DNA of 32,000 nucleotides from Adhaeribacter aerolatus (lineage in GTDB: Bacteria; Bacteroidota; Bacteroidia; Cytophagales; Hymenobacteraceae): the NCBI RefSeq assembly GCF_007991635.1, contig NZ_BJYS01000024.1, forward strand, positions 88,880-120,879, given 5' to 3'. The position numbers and the translations under genes are program-made. The notes beneath the pieces were generated by a model. The model had not been told where the DNA came from. It was given only the letters and a program-made list of their open reading frames with translations, and searched no databases. Shown piece after piece: positions 7,536-16,136 of this stretch (position 1 is the stretch's first letter; each line of letters starts with the position of its first letter).

Positions 7536-9488
7536 TTATTTCTTATCGACGTAGGTTTTATCTTTTTTGTTTGGTACTTGGCTTGAAGGCTTATTGCTCT
7601 TAGGATATTTTTCTTGTTTTGAATCAATCAAAGCAGAACCTAATAATATTGTAAAACCCACATAGGAGATAAATATTAACCAATGAAGTGGAGTAATTCT
7701 TCTTGTGCCATATCTAGTTACTACATAAATGCAAAGAACAAATAACCCTAAACTAAAAGCAAATACAACCATGAATAGCATTGCCTGACTAAAGTTTTCA
7801 ACATTGTCATAAAGCTGAATGTTCCCTATAGCAAATAGAACTATAGCAGCAAAAATGCTTAATATTTCAATTTGATTTCCATTGTGTTGACTTATTTCTT
7901 TTCTTATAGATTCAATTTTGGTCCTTTCTTCATTTATTCTTTGTTGAATATCAAATTGGCTTTTTAGACTATTTAATTCATTATACATAAAATCAAGTTC
8001 TCTTCTTGCCTCTTCATAATTAATAGGAAGTATAAATGATGATGCTAAGAATATCGGTAGATCTTCCCCATCGATATTAATTCTATTGAATAAAGTGCAT
8101 TCCTTTTTGGGTAATTGAAAAGCTAAGAAATTTTTATCTTGGCACCATTCAAAGTTCTCAAATGACCGTTTTAGATTTTTTTCTAATTTGATGAAGAGCT
8201 TTTGAATCAGATTGACTTCTATACTATCTTCATTCAACCCTTTTTTTATCGATTTTAATAAATATTGACAAAAGCGGTAAAATGGAAAGTAGTTATAAAT
8301 ATGCGTCTCCTGTTGAACTAGTGAAATTCTATCTAAATACTTTTCTAACTCATTTGTAAATTCAATGGAAAATTTATTTTTATAGATTAACAGTGATAGC
8401 CTGTTATTGAGAAAGTAATTATATGATATATTGAAAGCTTTATTATCAAATTCCCGTTTTTGTAAGTATGGCCTTTCTTTAAAAACATCAGAAAAGCTTT
8501 CAGTTAAATTATTTACCTGTTCAAAACTTCTATTTTGGTCTTTATAGTAATTTATTAAAGTATGATAATCTCCCAGAAATAGTTTCTCTTTTGCTCTGAT
8601 TTTTTCATTGATTAACCTAATTTGGTTGTCATAGAATGGACCAAACCTGTCGCCAGAATAATAATGGTTCTCCGAATGTTCAAGGAATGGCTTAAAATAA
8701 GAGATTGATTGCTTAATTTCCTCTAACTTAAGTTCTTTATCTTTGTAATTATGGATATAGAGGAAATTCTTTTTGCCTTTTTCTAATCTATATAAAATTT
8801 TAAAAAGAAGATAATTACACTTATCAACTAAGATATCTGCAATCTGAGGCGTACTCTGGGAAAAATTATATGAATCATCTTCAAGTTTTTTTTGCAGCTT
8901 TAACAATACTTCTAAGTATTCCTTTTTTACGGCTATATTATGATCTATCCGTGCAAGTTGAATGTTTATTCCAAATAATTGACTTAAGTCATGAGTAATT
9001 GTATTCAGTGGATTAGAATTTGGGGCTATATCGTCTTCCGTGATTACATCAAATAAGTGAATAGATTTCGTAGGAGAAAGCCTATATTTTATCTGGCTTA
9101 TCAATAGCTTGAATTGAGAAATGGACTGTAATACAGGTAGGCTGAAGGAGCTTTGTAAGTCATCGAAAAGCTCATTTACAATTTCAATTTTGTCTTCTCC
9201 TAAAAATGGAATTCCTGAAATTATTTCGTTTATTTTAAGCTTCAGAGCATCTATTCTTTTCTCTAACTCGTCTATTTGAATGTAGTCACCTGTTATAATA
9301 GATTTATTAAGTGCTGAATAAATGGACTCGGAAGCCCTATTTATTTCCAAAATTGATATTAATGTACGATCTTCTTTTTGGTTTTCAGAAGCTGTAAGAT
9401 AGTTGGAAATTGCACTTTGAGAGTATAGTGTAGCTAAAGAATCAAGCTTTGTAATAGTGTCGTTAAAATAGAGAAAGCTTTTATGCAC
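7536..9488 (-). CDS. 650-aa protein: large all-alpha/coiled-coil N-terminal region plus three C-terminal TM helices and a Lys-rich tail; candidate membrane effector
   Basis: The GTG start lies inside the upstream gene's last codons (AGTGCATAA, 8-nt overlap). Hydrophobic segments are 'IEILSIFAAIVLFAIGNIQLY', 'AMLFMVVFAFSLGLFVLCIYVV' and 'LHWLIFISYVGFTILLGSALI' (about 7626..7871). GC is about 25-30%. No catalytic motif recognised. Confidence 0.7.
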   Translation of the reverse strand: MHKSFLYFNDTITKLDSLATLYSQSAISNYLTASENQKEDRTLISILEINRASESIYSALNKSIITGDYIQIDELEKRIDALKLKINEIISGIPFLGEDKIEIVNELFDDLQSSFSLPVLQSISQFKLLISQIKYRLSPTKSIHLFDVITEDDIAPNSNPLNTITHDLSQLFGINIQLARIDHNIAVKKEYLEVLLKLQKKLEDDSYNFSQSTPQIADILVDKCNYLLFKILYRLEKGKKNFLYIHNYKDKELKLEEIKQSISYFKPFLEHSENHYYSGDRFGPFYDNQIRLINEKIRAKEKLFLGDYHTLINYYKDQNRSFEQVNNLTESFSDVFKERPYLQKREFDNKAFNISYNYFLNNRLSLLIYKNKFSIEFTNELEKYLDRISLVQQETHIYNYFPFYRFCQYLLKSIKKGLNEDSIEVNLIQKLFIKLEKNLKRSFENFEWCQDKNFLAFQLPKKECTLFNRINIDGEDLPIFLASSFILPINYEEARRELDFMYNELNSLKSQFDIQQRINEERTKIESIRKEISQHNGNQIEILSIFAAIVLFAIGNIQLYDNVENFSQAMLFMVVFAFSLGLFVLCIYVVTRYGTRRITPLHWLIFISYVGFTILLGSALIDSKQEKYPKSNKPSSQVPNKKDKTYVDKK

Positions 9489-10044
9489 TTTGTAAACTGA
9501 ATTGCTTGTTTTCAGATTTAATCATTTCGTTTGGGATTTTGAGGCTATACTTATGGAATGACCTTGCTAATTTATACATAGCTCTCCATGAATACCATGA
9601 ATGGCTTAGTTCTACCAAGTCAATAGCCATATAATTGATTAAATCCTTATTTTTTGATTTTATTATTTGGAAAGAATTCAATATTTCCCTTTTTATAATT
9701 GGGTCTAAATTGGTAAAATACTCTTCACTATGTTCTTTAATAATATTTAATCTTTGGTTGGTTATCTCACAATAATTTAAATTTTCCAAATTTTTATAAA
9801 TATCGCTTTCTACATGGCCATAGGGCATTGCCCAGAAATTATCAAAAACACCCAGCAATCCATCCTCCCTTTCATTGGCGGTACTTGCACAGACAAAGAA
9901 GTGTAATTTAAGGACTTTAAGTCTGCTCAGATCATTTTTGTCTAACCCTTCTTGATTATTTTGCTCTTTATACCAAGTGACTAACTGTTTTATAAAAAAT
10001 TCAAATGCTTTAATTTTGCAGGTAATTCCTTGTAGTTGAAGCAT
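9481..10044 (-). CDS. Panacea (DUF4065 / SocA-PanA-like) domain protein; candidate antitoxin
   Basis: 187 aa. 'LSRLKVLKLHFFVCA...GLLGVFDNFWAMPYGHVESDIYKNL' parallels the recalled Panacea pattern klqKLlYfa...f.AW.yGPV.p.vY. It is translationally coupled to the downstream 650-aa gene. Confidence 0.55.
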   Translation of the reverse strand: MLQLQGITCKIKAFEFFIKQLVTWYKEQNNQEGLDKNDLSRLKVLKLHFFVCASTANEREDGLLGVFDNFWAMPYGHVESDIYKNLENLNYCEITNQRLNIIKEHSEEYFTNLDPIIKREILNSFQIIKSKNKDLINYMAIDLVELSHSWYSWRAMYKLARSFHKYSLKIPNEMIKSENKQFSLQSA

Positions 10045-10576
10045 ATATATAATAATCGTTTGTCTATTAAAGTAGCTATACGATAGACTTTAAGAAATGT
10101 GTTCTGTAGGAAGTAGCTTAGGCCTTATATTTAATTCAAATATAATAGATGGCCAATCATTTACAAGTGAAGATTTTTAGTAGTTGATAAAACCTTTTTA
10201 ACGTTTAAGTAGGTGTTTTTTTCGAGAAATATATCGGTTAAGTTTTTACTCGTATTCCAACCTTAATAGAATTTGTTACCCGGTAAGAGAAAAAGGCCAT
10301 GTAAATAGTCAATTTACAAAGCAATATGCATTTGTTTAGGGAGCAGGGACAATCCTTGGCCGTTCGTCCAAGCGGGGATTGTAGCGTCTGCCTGTACACC
10401 ATGGGCAAATTCTTGGCCGAGGTCTGGTACCAGGTAGAAAATAATCAAATAGAGGTAGTAAGAAGCTCTAAAAGTATGATTTGCTTGGAGCCCTCTTTGG
10501 CGATGGTAGACCTCTCCGACATCTGCCATTAAGCTTGGAGGTAATCATCCTTTCACCAGGCACCCTGATATCCCTT

Positions 10577-11431
10577 CTATTGCGTTAACCCTTTATCTAC
10601 TGGCGCCTCCAGGGCTACTTGCAACGGCTGAGAAAGCGAATTTAGTAAATCATAACCGGTTGCTCTTTCAATGGCATCGATACTGGTGCGGTAAGAACCC
10701 CAATCCGCCCGCACGGTTTGGCTGTTGGGCGTATTCACCGCGATGACTCGCGTGCTGCTAGTAATCCGGTTTAAATCATTCGGGCCTTCCGGCAGCACTA
10801 CCAGCACATTCCAGATTTGCGCCGGCACCGTGACCCGACCCGCAGTAAGGGTTTGTTTGGGGCCATTACTGCCAGTACCCCCGACCCCGTAATTGCCCAT
10901 GATAACATATACTTCATTACCAGCTTGGACTAAATCGCGGGTATACTCTTCCAGATTGGCCCACGTTTCCTGGTTATTGTTGGGAGCCTGGGGAATCATA
11001 TTGGTCATCAGGAAAGTCGCCGAATTATCTGCGGCTGACCTGGTTCTATCGGCGGAGGGTACATTGTGTCCCCGGTCAAAGCCACTGCCGCTATAAGCCG
11101 TTGGGGTTACCCGGTACCAGCCGGCTGGCAAGGTATTATCCGCCCGGAAATCATCCTGTCGGGGAGCATTGCCCAGCCAATCCGGACTCACGTGCCAGCT
11201 CACCCAATTAGGCGTGCCTCTATCCCGGCTTTAAGAAAGCGTGTACTGTGGTTTCTGTAGAAGAAAGTTATTCGCATTCACTTCGTCCGGGGTCGCCTGG
11301 CTGGGATTACCTAGCAACAGGTGCTCGTAGGGAATCAAATCTTTGGGAGCCGTGGGTGTTACTTCGCTTTCCTGACAGCCGGTAATCAGTAAGAGCAGGA
11401 AGAATAGAAGGTAAAGGTTTTTGTGGAACAT
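10577..11431 (-). pseudogene. DNA/RNA non-specific endonuclease (NucA / Endonuclease_NS family) lipoprotein gene, interrupted by a single in-frame TAA at 11231..11233
   Basis: The N-terminal ORF (11231..11431) carries a lipoprotein signal 'LLLLITGC'. The C-terminal ORF (10577..11203) carries the 'FDRGHNVPSADR' DRGH active-site motif. 11431-11203 = 228 = 3x76, so both are in the same frame. The 27 nt between them read SRDRGTPNW with no further stop. Confidence 0.8.
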
Positions 11432-11496
11432 GAAGTGAACGGAAGCTTTAGGTTTTAAGGTAATTGTATTATATTGAAATAAGGTTAAAAAGATGC

Positions 11497-11510
11497 TTTC
11501 CGGCCGGAAA
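11497..11510. promoter_or_regulatory. 14-bp perfect palindrome tttccggccggaaa upstream of the nuclease gene
   Basis: Read by hand. It lies about 70 nt upstream of the nuclease start codon (11431, minus strand). Function unknown. Confidence 0.3.
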
Positions 11511-11922
11511 ACTTGATGGCCCGAGGTAAATCTGTTTCATGGCTAAAGCATGGTTCTGATGGCAGCATTCATTTCCACCCATTATCTATTATTACTGGCC
11601 AGCGGGCTCAAAAATCTGGATGAACTGAATAGGCTGGAAAAAAGCTGGCGAAGCAGAAACTGAAGGTCATGGGGCTCGATAAGCATCTACCTAGCTTGAA
11701 TTGAGACAGTGTCCTTGGCTTAGTTTAAGTTGTCGTGATCCTTTGGATCCGCTAAACCTATTGAACCGAAAATTTTGGTACTTTATCTTACCTACCATAT
11801 TTCGGAAGCGCTTCCCTATTATATAGAAAGGCTGGAATTTCAGAAATAAGATTGCTGCAAAGGGTAAAATGTAGCGTATCTTTTGAACCATTACACTTTA
11901 TCGATAATGTAAGATTTGGCTA

Positions 11923-13650
11923 TTAAAGCCTTTCGCTTTTTATAAAAAATTTTTCAACCGTGCTTTTTACTTTGCTGTAATTGTTTTCTTCTAATAATTT
12001 AAGCAAGCTCTGTCCATCATAAAAAGCATTTAAATTTTGTGGTTTAAATGAACCATTGTTTATTCCGTTTAAAAAATTTATACCGTCTTCATAAAAGGAA
12101 GCAGAAGTAATAAAACAACCTCTGAATTTTTTCCCAGTATCTTGAATTTCTTTTTGAAAATGCCTTTTTGCAAATGGCAAAGTACGTCTAAAAAACCAGC
12201 TTAGAGTGTTTTTAGTATCTGAACTACCAATAGGAATTTTTGATAATGAAGAGTACCCTTTTAGTTCAACTATCAAAATCTCATTAGGGTTAGAAGATTT
12301 AATAATATAATCATACTCATAATTTTCTTTTCCACCCTCAGGCTTTACTATTGATAAAGTCTTACCATGTAGAATTTCTGCACTACTATAATAGTGCTTT
12401 AGTAGTGGATACAATAGGAATTCAAATAAAACTCCTCGTATGTCTTTTAAGCTATCTTCTTGTCCAGATGTTCTAATCGTAGTTAGTGCAGATTCAATTG
12501 TTACATTAAAGTCATCACTTATTGCAGCCACTTTTTTTAGCTGTAAAATGTTGAGCTTTTCGACAACATCGTAAATTGTTGTTCCAAAAATAGACCCTAA
12601 ATCAAAAGCAATAAATCCCAGTGAGCTTATTTTCTCTAAAACATCTACTGCTATTGTCTTGTAAATAATGATAGGAAGAATTTTGCGCCTTCCATTTTTA
12701 ACAGCATTTAAATTAATTTGTATCCTATTATAAAAACCGTCAAGATCTATTTGGGAGTAGTCTCTACTGATAACTACGTCTAAGACAACTAAGGTTTGTT
12801 TCTCTATAGTATCCGCTTTTTTCCCAAAGGTTGAGTTTATTCCAGTTGTTTTGGTATAGGCGAAAGCATCCCAAACCAAATTATTTTGCTTTGCGCCAAT
12901 TGAAGGTGTTTTCTTGTTGCGGTAAATTGTCTTGTAATTATCTATTATATTACTTTTTTGTAACCACCGCAGAATGTCTGGTAAAAACATCCCATCTATA
13001 ACCATCTTAGAAAAGTGAGCGCTTAGTAAGCTTTCTTCCTTACCTTCTTCCTTTTTACTTTCTTCCTTTAAAATATATTTGATATTATTTGAATCAGTCT
13101 TTTCATATATAAATTTCATTAATCTAAGCTCTTTTATTATTTCATCCAGTGTATTTACCTTTGTAGATGATTTTTCAAGTGGAGCAGCGACGATCTTTAA
13201 TGCTTCATAGTAGGATATAACTCCGTCATTTATATCAATTGCTTCTAACAATCGATAAATTGGTGGGCGATGCTTTTTAGAAACTTCTTTAACCAGGGAT
13301 AGAGTTAACCCATCCCTAGGATTTAAATATATAAATTGACCATTACCAAAGCTTAAGGGATTAGATGAGACGAGTATTCCTTTAACAACAGTTCGTTGAA
13401 TGATTTTTCTAGCATTATCATCCTTTATCTGGAATGTGTTTACTAACTCTTTGGTTAACTCCTTGCCTGAAAGATATCTTTTATCACTAATAAGCTTAGC
13501 TATATAAACCTCATATTGATTGAGTTCATTACTAAGTAGCTTTAATGTTTCTTGTCCCACTGCCCTTATAAATTTTATATTGCTAAATATACCGCAAACG
13601 TAAAAAGTTGAAATGTTGTAGTTTTTATTTAATAACATATTGTTAATCAA
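11923..13650 (-). CDS. 575-aa protein with a winged-helix-like N-terminal region and a C-terminal Mrr-like PD-(D/E)xK restriction-endonuclease domain
   Basis: The C-terminal 171 aa (about 11926..12438) read 'FEFLLYPLL' (helix Glu), 'YEYDYIIKS' (Asp strand), 'ILIVELKGY' (ExK), then 'GCFITSASFYEDGINFL...FYDGQSLLKLLEEN'. This parallels the Mrr_cat pattern fiTts.Ft..A..fa...liDg..L..ll. GC is about 30%. Confidence 0.6.
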   Translation of the reverse strand: MINNMLLNKNYNISTFYVCGIFSNIKFIRAVGQETLKLLSNELNQYEVYIAKLISDKRYLSGKELTKELVNTFQIKDDNARKIIQRTVVKGILVSSNPLSFGNGQFIYLNPRDGLTLSLVKEVSKKHRPPIYRLLEAIDINDGVISYYEALKIVAAPLEKSSTKVNTLDEIIKELRLMKFIYEKTDSNNIKYILKEESKKEEGKEESLLSAHFSKMVIDGMFLPDILRWLQKSNIIDNYKTIYRNKKTPSIGAKQNNLVWDAFAYTKTTGINSTFGKKADTIEKQTLVVLDVVISRDYSQIDLDGFYNRIQINLNAVKNGRRKILPIIIYKTIAVDVLEKISSLGFIAFDLGSIFGTTIYDVVEKLNILQLKKVAAISDDFNVTIESALTTIRTSGQEDSLKDIRGVLFEFLLYPLLKHYYSSAEILHGKTLSIVKPEGGKENYEYDYIIKSSNPNEILIVELKGYSSLSKIPIGSSDTKNTLSWFFRRTLPFAKRHFQKEIQDTGKKFRGCFITSASFYEDGINFLNGINNGSFKPQNLNAFYDGQSLLKLLEENNYSKVKSTVEKFFIKSERL

Positions 13651-14108
13651 ATACTTATTTTTTTAATTAGATAAATATTTGGTCCGTAATGCATTTTAAT
13701 ACTTAATAATTGTCACACCAGTAATTTAACAAGTATAATTGTCCTTATGATAGCATGCCAAGACACCCTGGTACATGAGGCGTGCGAGGCTGTCTGCTGA
13801 AGCATGTGGCTTATATGGATTGTGTGTACCCAGCATGGTACGGGTATATTTTGGAAGGAATATACTCAGATTATCCAGCGGGTGCAAATACCGTATTGGC
13901 GAGCCGCAAGCTGGTTTACCACAGGTTAAGCAGTAGAGGACCGAGCACGGGAGTGCGAAGGTGCGGCTGCCTCAGGATAGCCCAAGATAGAGCAGGAGAA
14001 GAAGCAGTAGCACCAGATTCAGGAACGGGAGCAACGAACTGGGGCCGCGGCATTAGAAAGTAGAGAGGTAGTGTCTAAGAAAGAGTGTAAATGGGTTCGG
14101 GAGTGTAT

Positions 14109-16136
14109 TTAGATCCTCAAAAAAGTAATCTCGCAATCTTTGCACTTCCGTTTTTCCTGATAAAGGTCAGCAGCATTAAATTTACCCTCGTACCGATCGA
14201 AAATATCAAGCCCGCGGCCCAGGTTTATTTTCCAGCCATTATCGGCCATAATGCTGCGGTCATGGACACTCCTGAACTCATAGGTTAAGTGTATACCTAT
14301 ATCAACCATGTTTTCTTTTAGGTCATCAAAATTGGCAATAGCTTCGGCCATGCGGTCTTCCGTATTCCAGGTTACAATATGCAAGTCTATCTCCTCATCG
14401 GGTTCCTTTATTTGTTCCAGCATAATGCAAAACTCCAGCAGGTTTTTAAACTGGTAATGCATTCGGATATATGGGTCCTGCAGAGTAATTTTGGAAGCGC
14501 CTTTCAAGTGTTGACCGAATAGCTTCCGATAAGAAATACCTGTTTGGTTATCCTTGATTAAGACCTGGTGCGGAGATGGATTTGCTTTAGATTCCTGGAT
14601 TACAAAATCATTCGTTTCATTTAGAGCCTCCTCTTTTTCCTCGGCCTCTTTTTTCTTATCCTTCAGGGCCGCCAAGTAATTTTGCATTTCCAGCGTTTCA
14701 ATAGATACTTCCCGACCACTAGCTTTTAATCGGTAGGTAAAATTAACCGGTTCGTTGCGGAAAGTTTCGTCAATGATGTATAACTGGTCCTTAACCCGCT
14801 TTCGGCCTTCTATGGCAAAATTGAGCAGCTCAATCAATTCATCCTGTGTTAATTCTTTGTGCGGATATAGTAATTTTACCAGTCCGGAAAATGACTTTCG
14901 GATAGCAGTTTTATCACGGGTAGATAAGGAACCGTCCAAATCTATAACCTGGTCCATTAAACCACTATAATCCGCTTTTCGCAGTTCGCGCAGGATTTCA
15001 GCTATGTAATCTACTATAAAACCATAGCTCGTGGAGAAAACCGAGTTCTTCAGAATTTTCACTTCCCAACCGGGTATGTACATATGCATCCGGTCCAGGA
15101 AAGCGCCTTTAATGTATCCGTCCGGGATGGATTCAAATAAATGGGAGTTCTTCAGCATGTAAGGCACCGTATGTTTGGTATTGCCGACAAAAGCTAAAGA
15201 AGCTGTAGCTTGGTAAGTCTCCTTGCCTCGGTTGAAGGATTGGTTAGCCATGTAGTTTTGCATAATTTTAACCAAATCACCGTCCACCCGGCGCCCTCCT
15301 ACTTCCTGCTCAAACTCGTCTAAAGCAATCACATCCCAGTATCCGACCAAGCCAATGCGGTTACCAGTATTATTTACAAATAACCTAGCTTTAGAAACAT
15401 CCCCACCAGAAACCAAAACACCATGCGGGGAAAGCTCCGAAAAAATATGGGATTTACCGGTTCCTTTTGGACCAAGCTCAATAAAATTGTAATTGTTTTC
15501 TACGTGCGTAATTAGCCTTGAAATCTGGATTAGTTTTCCTCGCTTGTTAAAAAACTCGGGGTTTAATCCTATACTGTGCATGAGCAAGTCTAGCCATTCA
15601 TCACTAGTGAACTCCTTTCGGGCCTCCAGGTAATCATCAAGCCTTACATTAGAAACCTGGATAGGTTTTATATCTTCTATCAACCAGCGCACCTGGGCAT
15701 CAGCCGCATGGGTGTACCCCATGGTTAGTATACACCACACACCGCCACCACTTAGCAGTTTCTGGTGCTCCATCACCATTTTATCAGCTATTGGTACATG
15801 GTTGATACCTAAATTGGCAAACTCGGCCTCGTAAATATTAGCCCTATCATTAAGGGAAACATTTACTTTATCGATGATTTTATAACTGCCCTGCTGCCGG
15901 ATGGTTGACTTTACTATTTCGGCTTCGCTTCTATGAACGTAATTATTTTTAATAACCGTTTTTACTTTCTCAATACCCGCTTTTATAATTTCTTCATCAT
16001 TAATAGCACAGTACTGTCCCAGTAAATATTCCAACACATAAGTAGGTACCACGGCATTGCCTTTAACACTGGAGGTTAAATCTTTGCGTACTACTTTCCC
16101 TTCAAAGTATTTTAAAATTTTATCTTGTAATTCCAT
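14109..16136 (-). CDS. brxL: BREX BrxL: BrxL N-domain plus AAA+ ATPase, with a non-canonical MIT_C/PLD-fold C-terminal domain
   Basis: The N-terminus 'FEGKVVRKDLTSSVKGNAVVPTYVLEYLLGQYC' is the BrxL signature. Walker A is 'GPKGTGKSH' and Walker B is 'VIALDEFE'. It is the last gene of the BREX operon. Its start overlaps the pglZ stop by 1 nt (TAATG). Confidence 0.85.
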   Translation of the reverse strand: MELQDKILKYFEGKVVRKDLTSSVKGNAVVPTYVLEYLLGQYCAINDEEIIKAGIEKVKTVIKNNYVHRSEAEIVKSTIRQQGSYKIIDKVNVSLNDRANIYEAEFANLGINHVPIADKMVMEHQKLLSGGGVWCILTMGYTHAADAQVRWLIEDIKPIQVSNVRLDDYLEARKEFTSDEWLDLLMHSIGLNPEFFNKRGKLIQISRLITHVENNYNFIELGPKGTGKSHIFSELSPHGVLVSGGDVSKARLFVNNTGNRIGLVGYWDVIALDEFEQEVGGRRVDGDLVKIMQNYMANQSFNRGKETYQATASLAFVGNTKHTVPYMLKNSHLFESIPDGYIKGAFLDRMHMYIPGWEVKILKNSVFSTSYGFIVDYIAEILRELRKADYSGLMDQVIDLDGSLSTRDKTAIRKSFSGLVKLLYPHKELTQDELIELLNFAIEGRKRVKDQLYIIDETFRNEPVNFTYRLKASGREVSIETLEMQNYLAALKDKKKEAEEKEEALNETNDFVIQESKANPSPHQVLIKDNQTGISYRKLFGQHLKGASKITLQDPYIRMHYQFKNLLEFCIMLEQIKEPDEEIDLHIVTWNTEDRMAEAIANFDDLKENMVDIGIHLTYEFRSVHDRSIMADNGWKINLGRGLDIFDRYEGKFNAADLYQEKRKCKDCEITFLRI
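14112..14570 (-). other. Segment encoding the BrxL C-terminal 153 aa: MITD1 C-terminal (MIT_C) PLD-like domain homologue
   Basis: 'NQTGISYRKLF...ITLQDPYIRMHYQFKNLLEFCIML...IDLHIVT...VHDRSIMADNGWKINLGRGLDIF' lines up motif-for-motif with human MITD1 as I recall it ('ATGFSYESLF...[22 protein letters not shown]...IHLLTS...[23 protein letters not shown]'). A K/E-rich linker precedes it. Confidence 0.7.

Noticed and set aside
10314-10532. Mutually overlapping 71-aa (-) and 68-aa (+) ORFs downstream of the nuclease; I considered a nuclease-inhibitor (NuiA-like) gene
   Set aside because: Neither ORF has convincing composition or any recalled similarity to NuiA, and the two occupy the same DNA on opposite strands. 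This is probably a decayed remnant.
11691-11891. 66-aa minus-strand ORF between the nuclease and the Mrr-like gene
   Set aside because: It is short, basic and Phe-rich, with no motif, in a region that looks like gene debris.
13782-14063. 93-aa plus-strand ORF in the brxL-downstream spacer
   Set aside because: It has a GTG start, an implausible composition (Gly/Arg/Cys/Ala-rich, 'RRCGCLRIAQDRAGEEAV') and no motif. I treat it as non-coding or remnant sequence.
14109-14570. Calling the BrxL C-terminus a Lon protease domain by default
   Set aside because: I saw no Lon-type Ser-Lys catalytic context. The segment matches the MITD1 MIT_C pattern instead (see finding).
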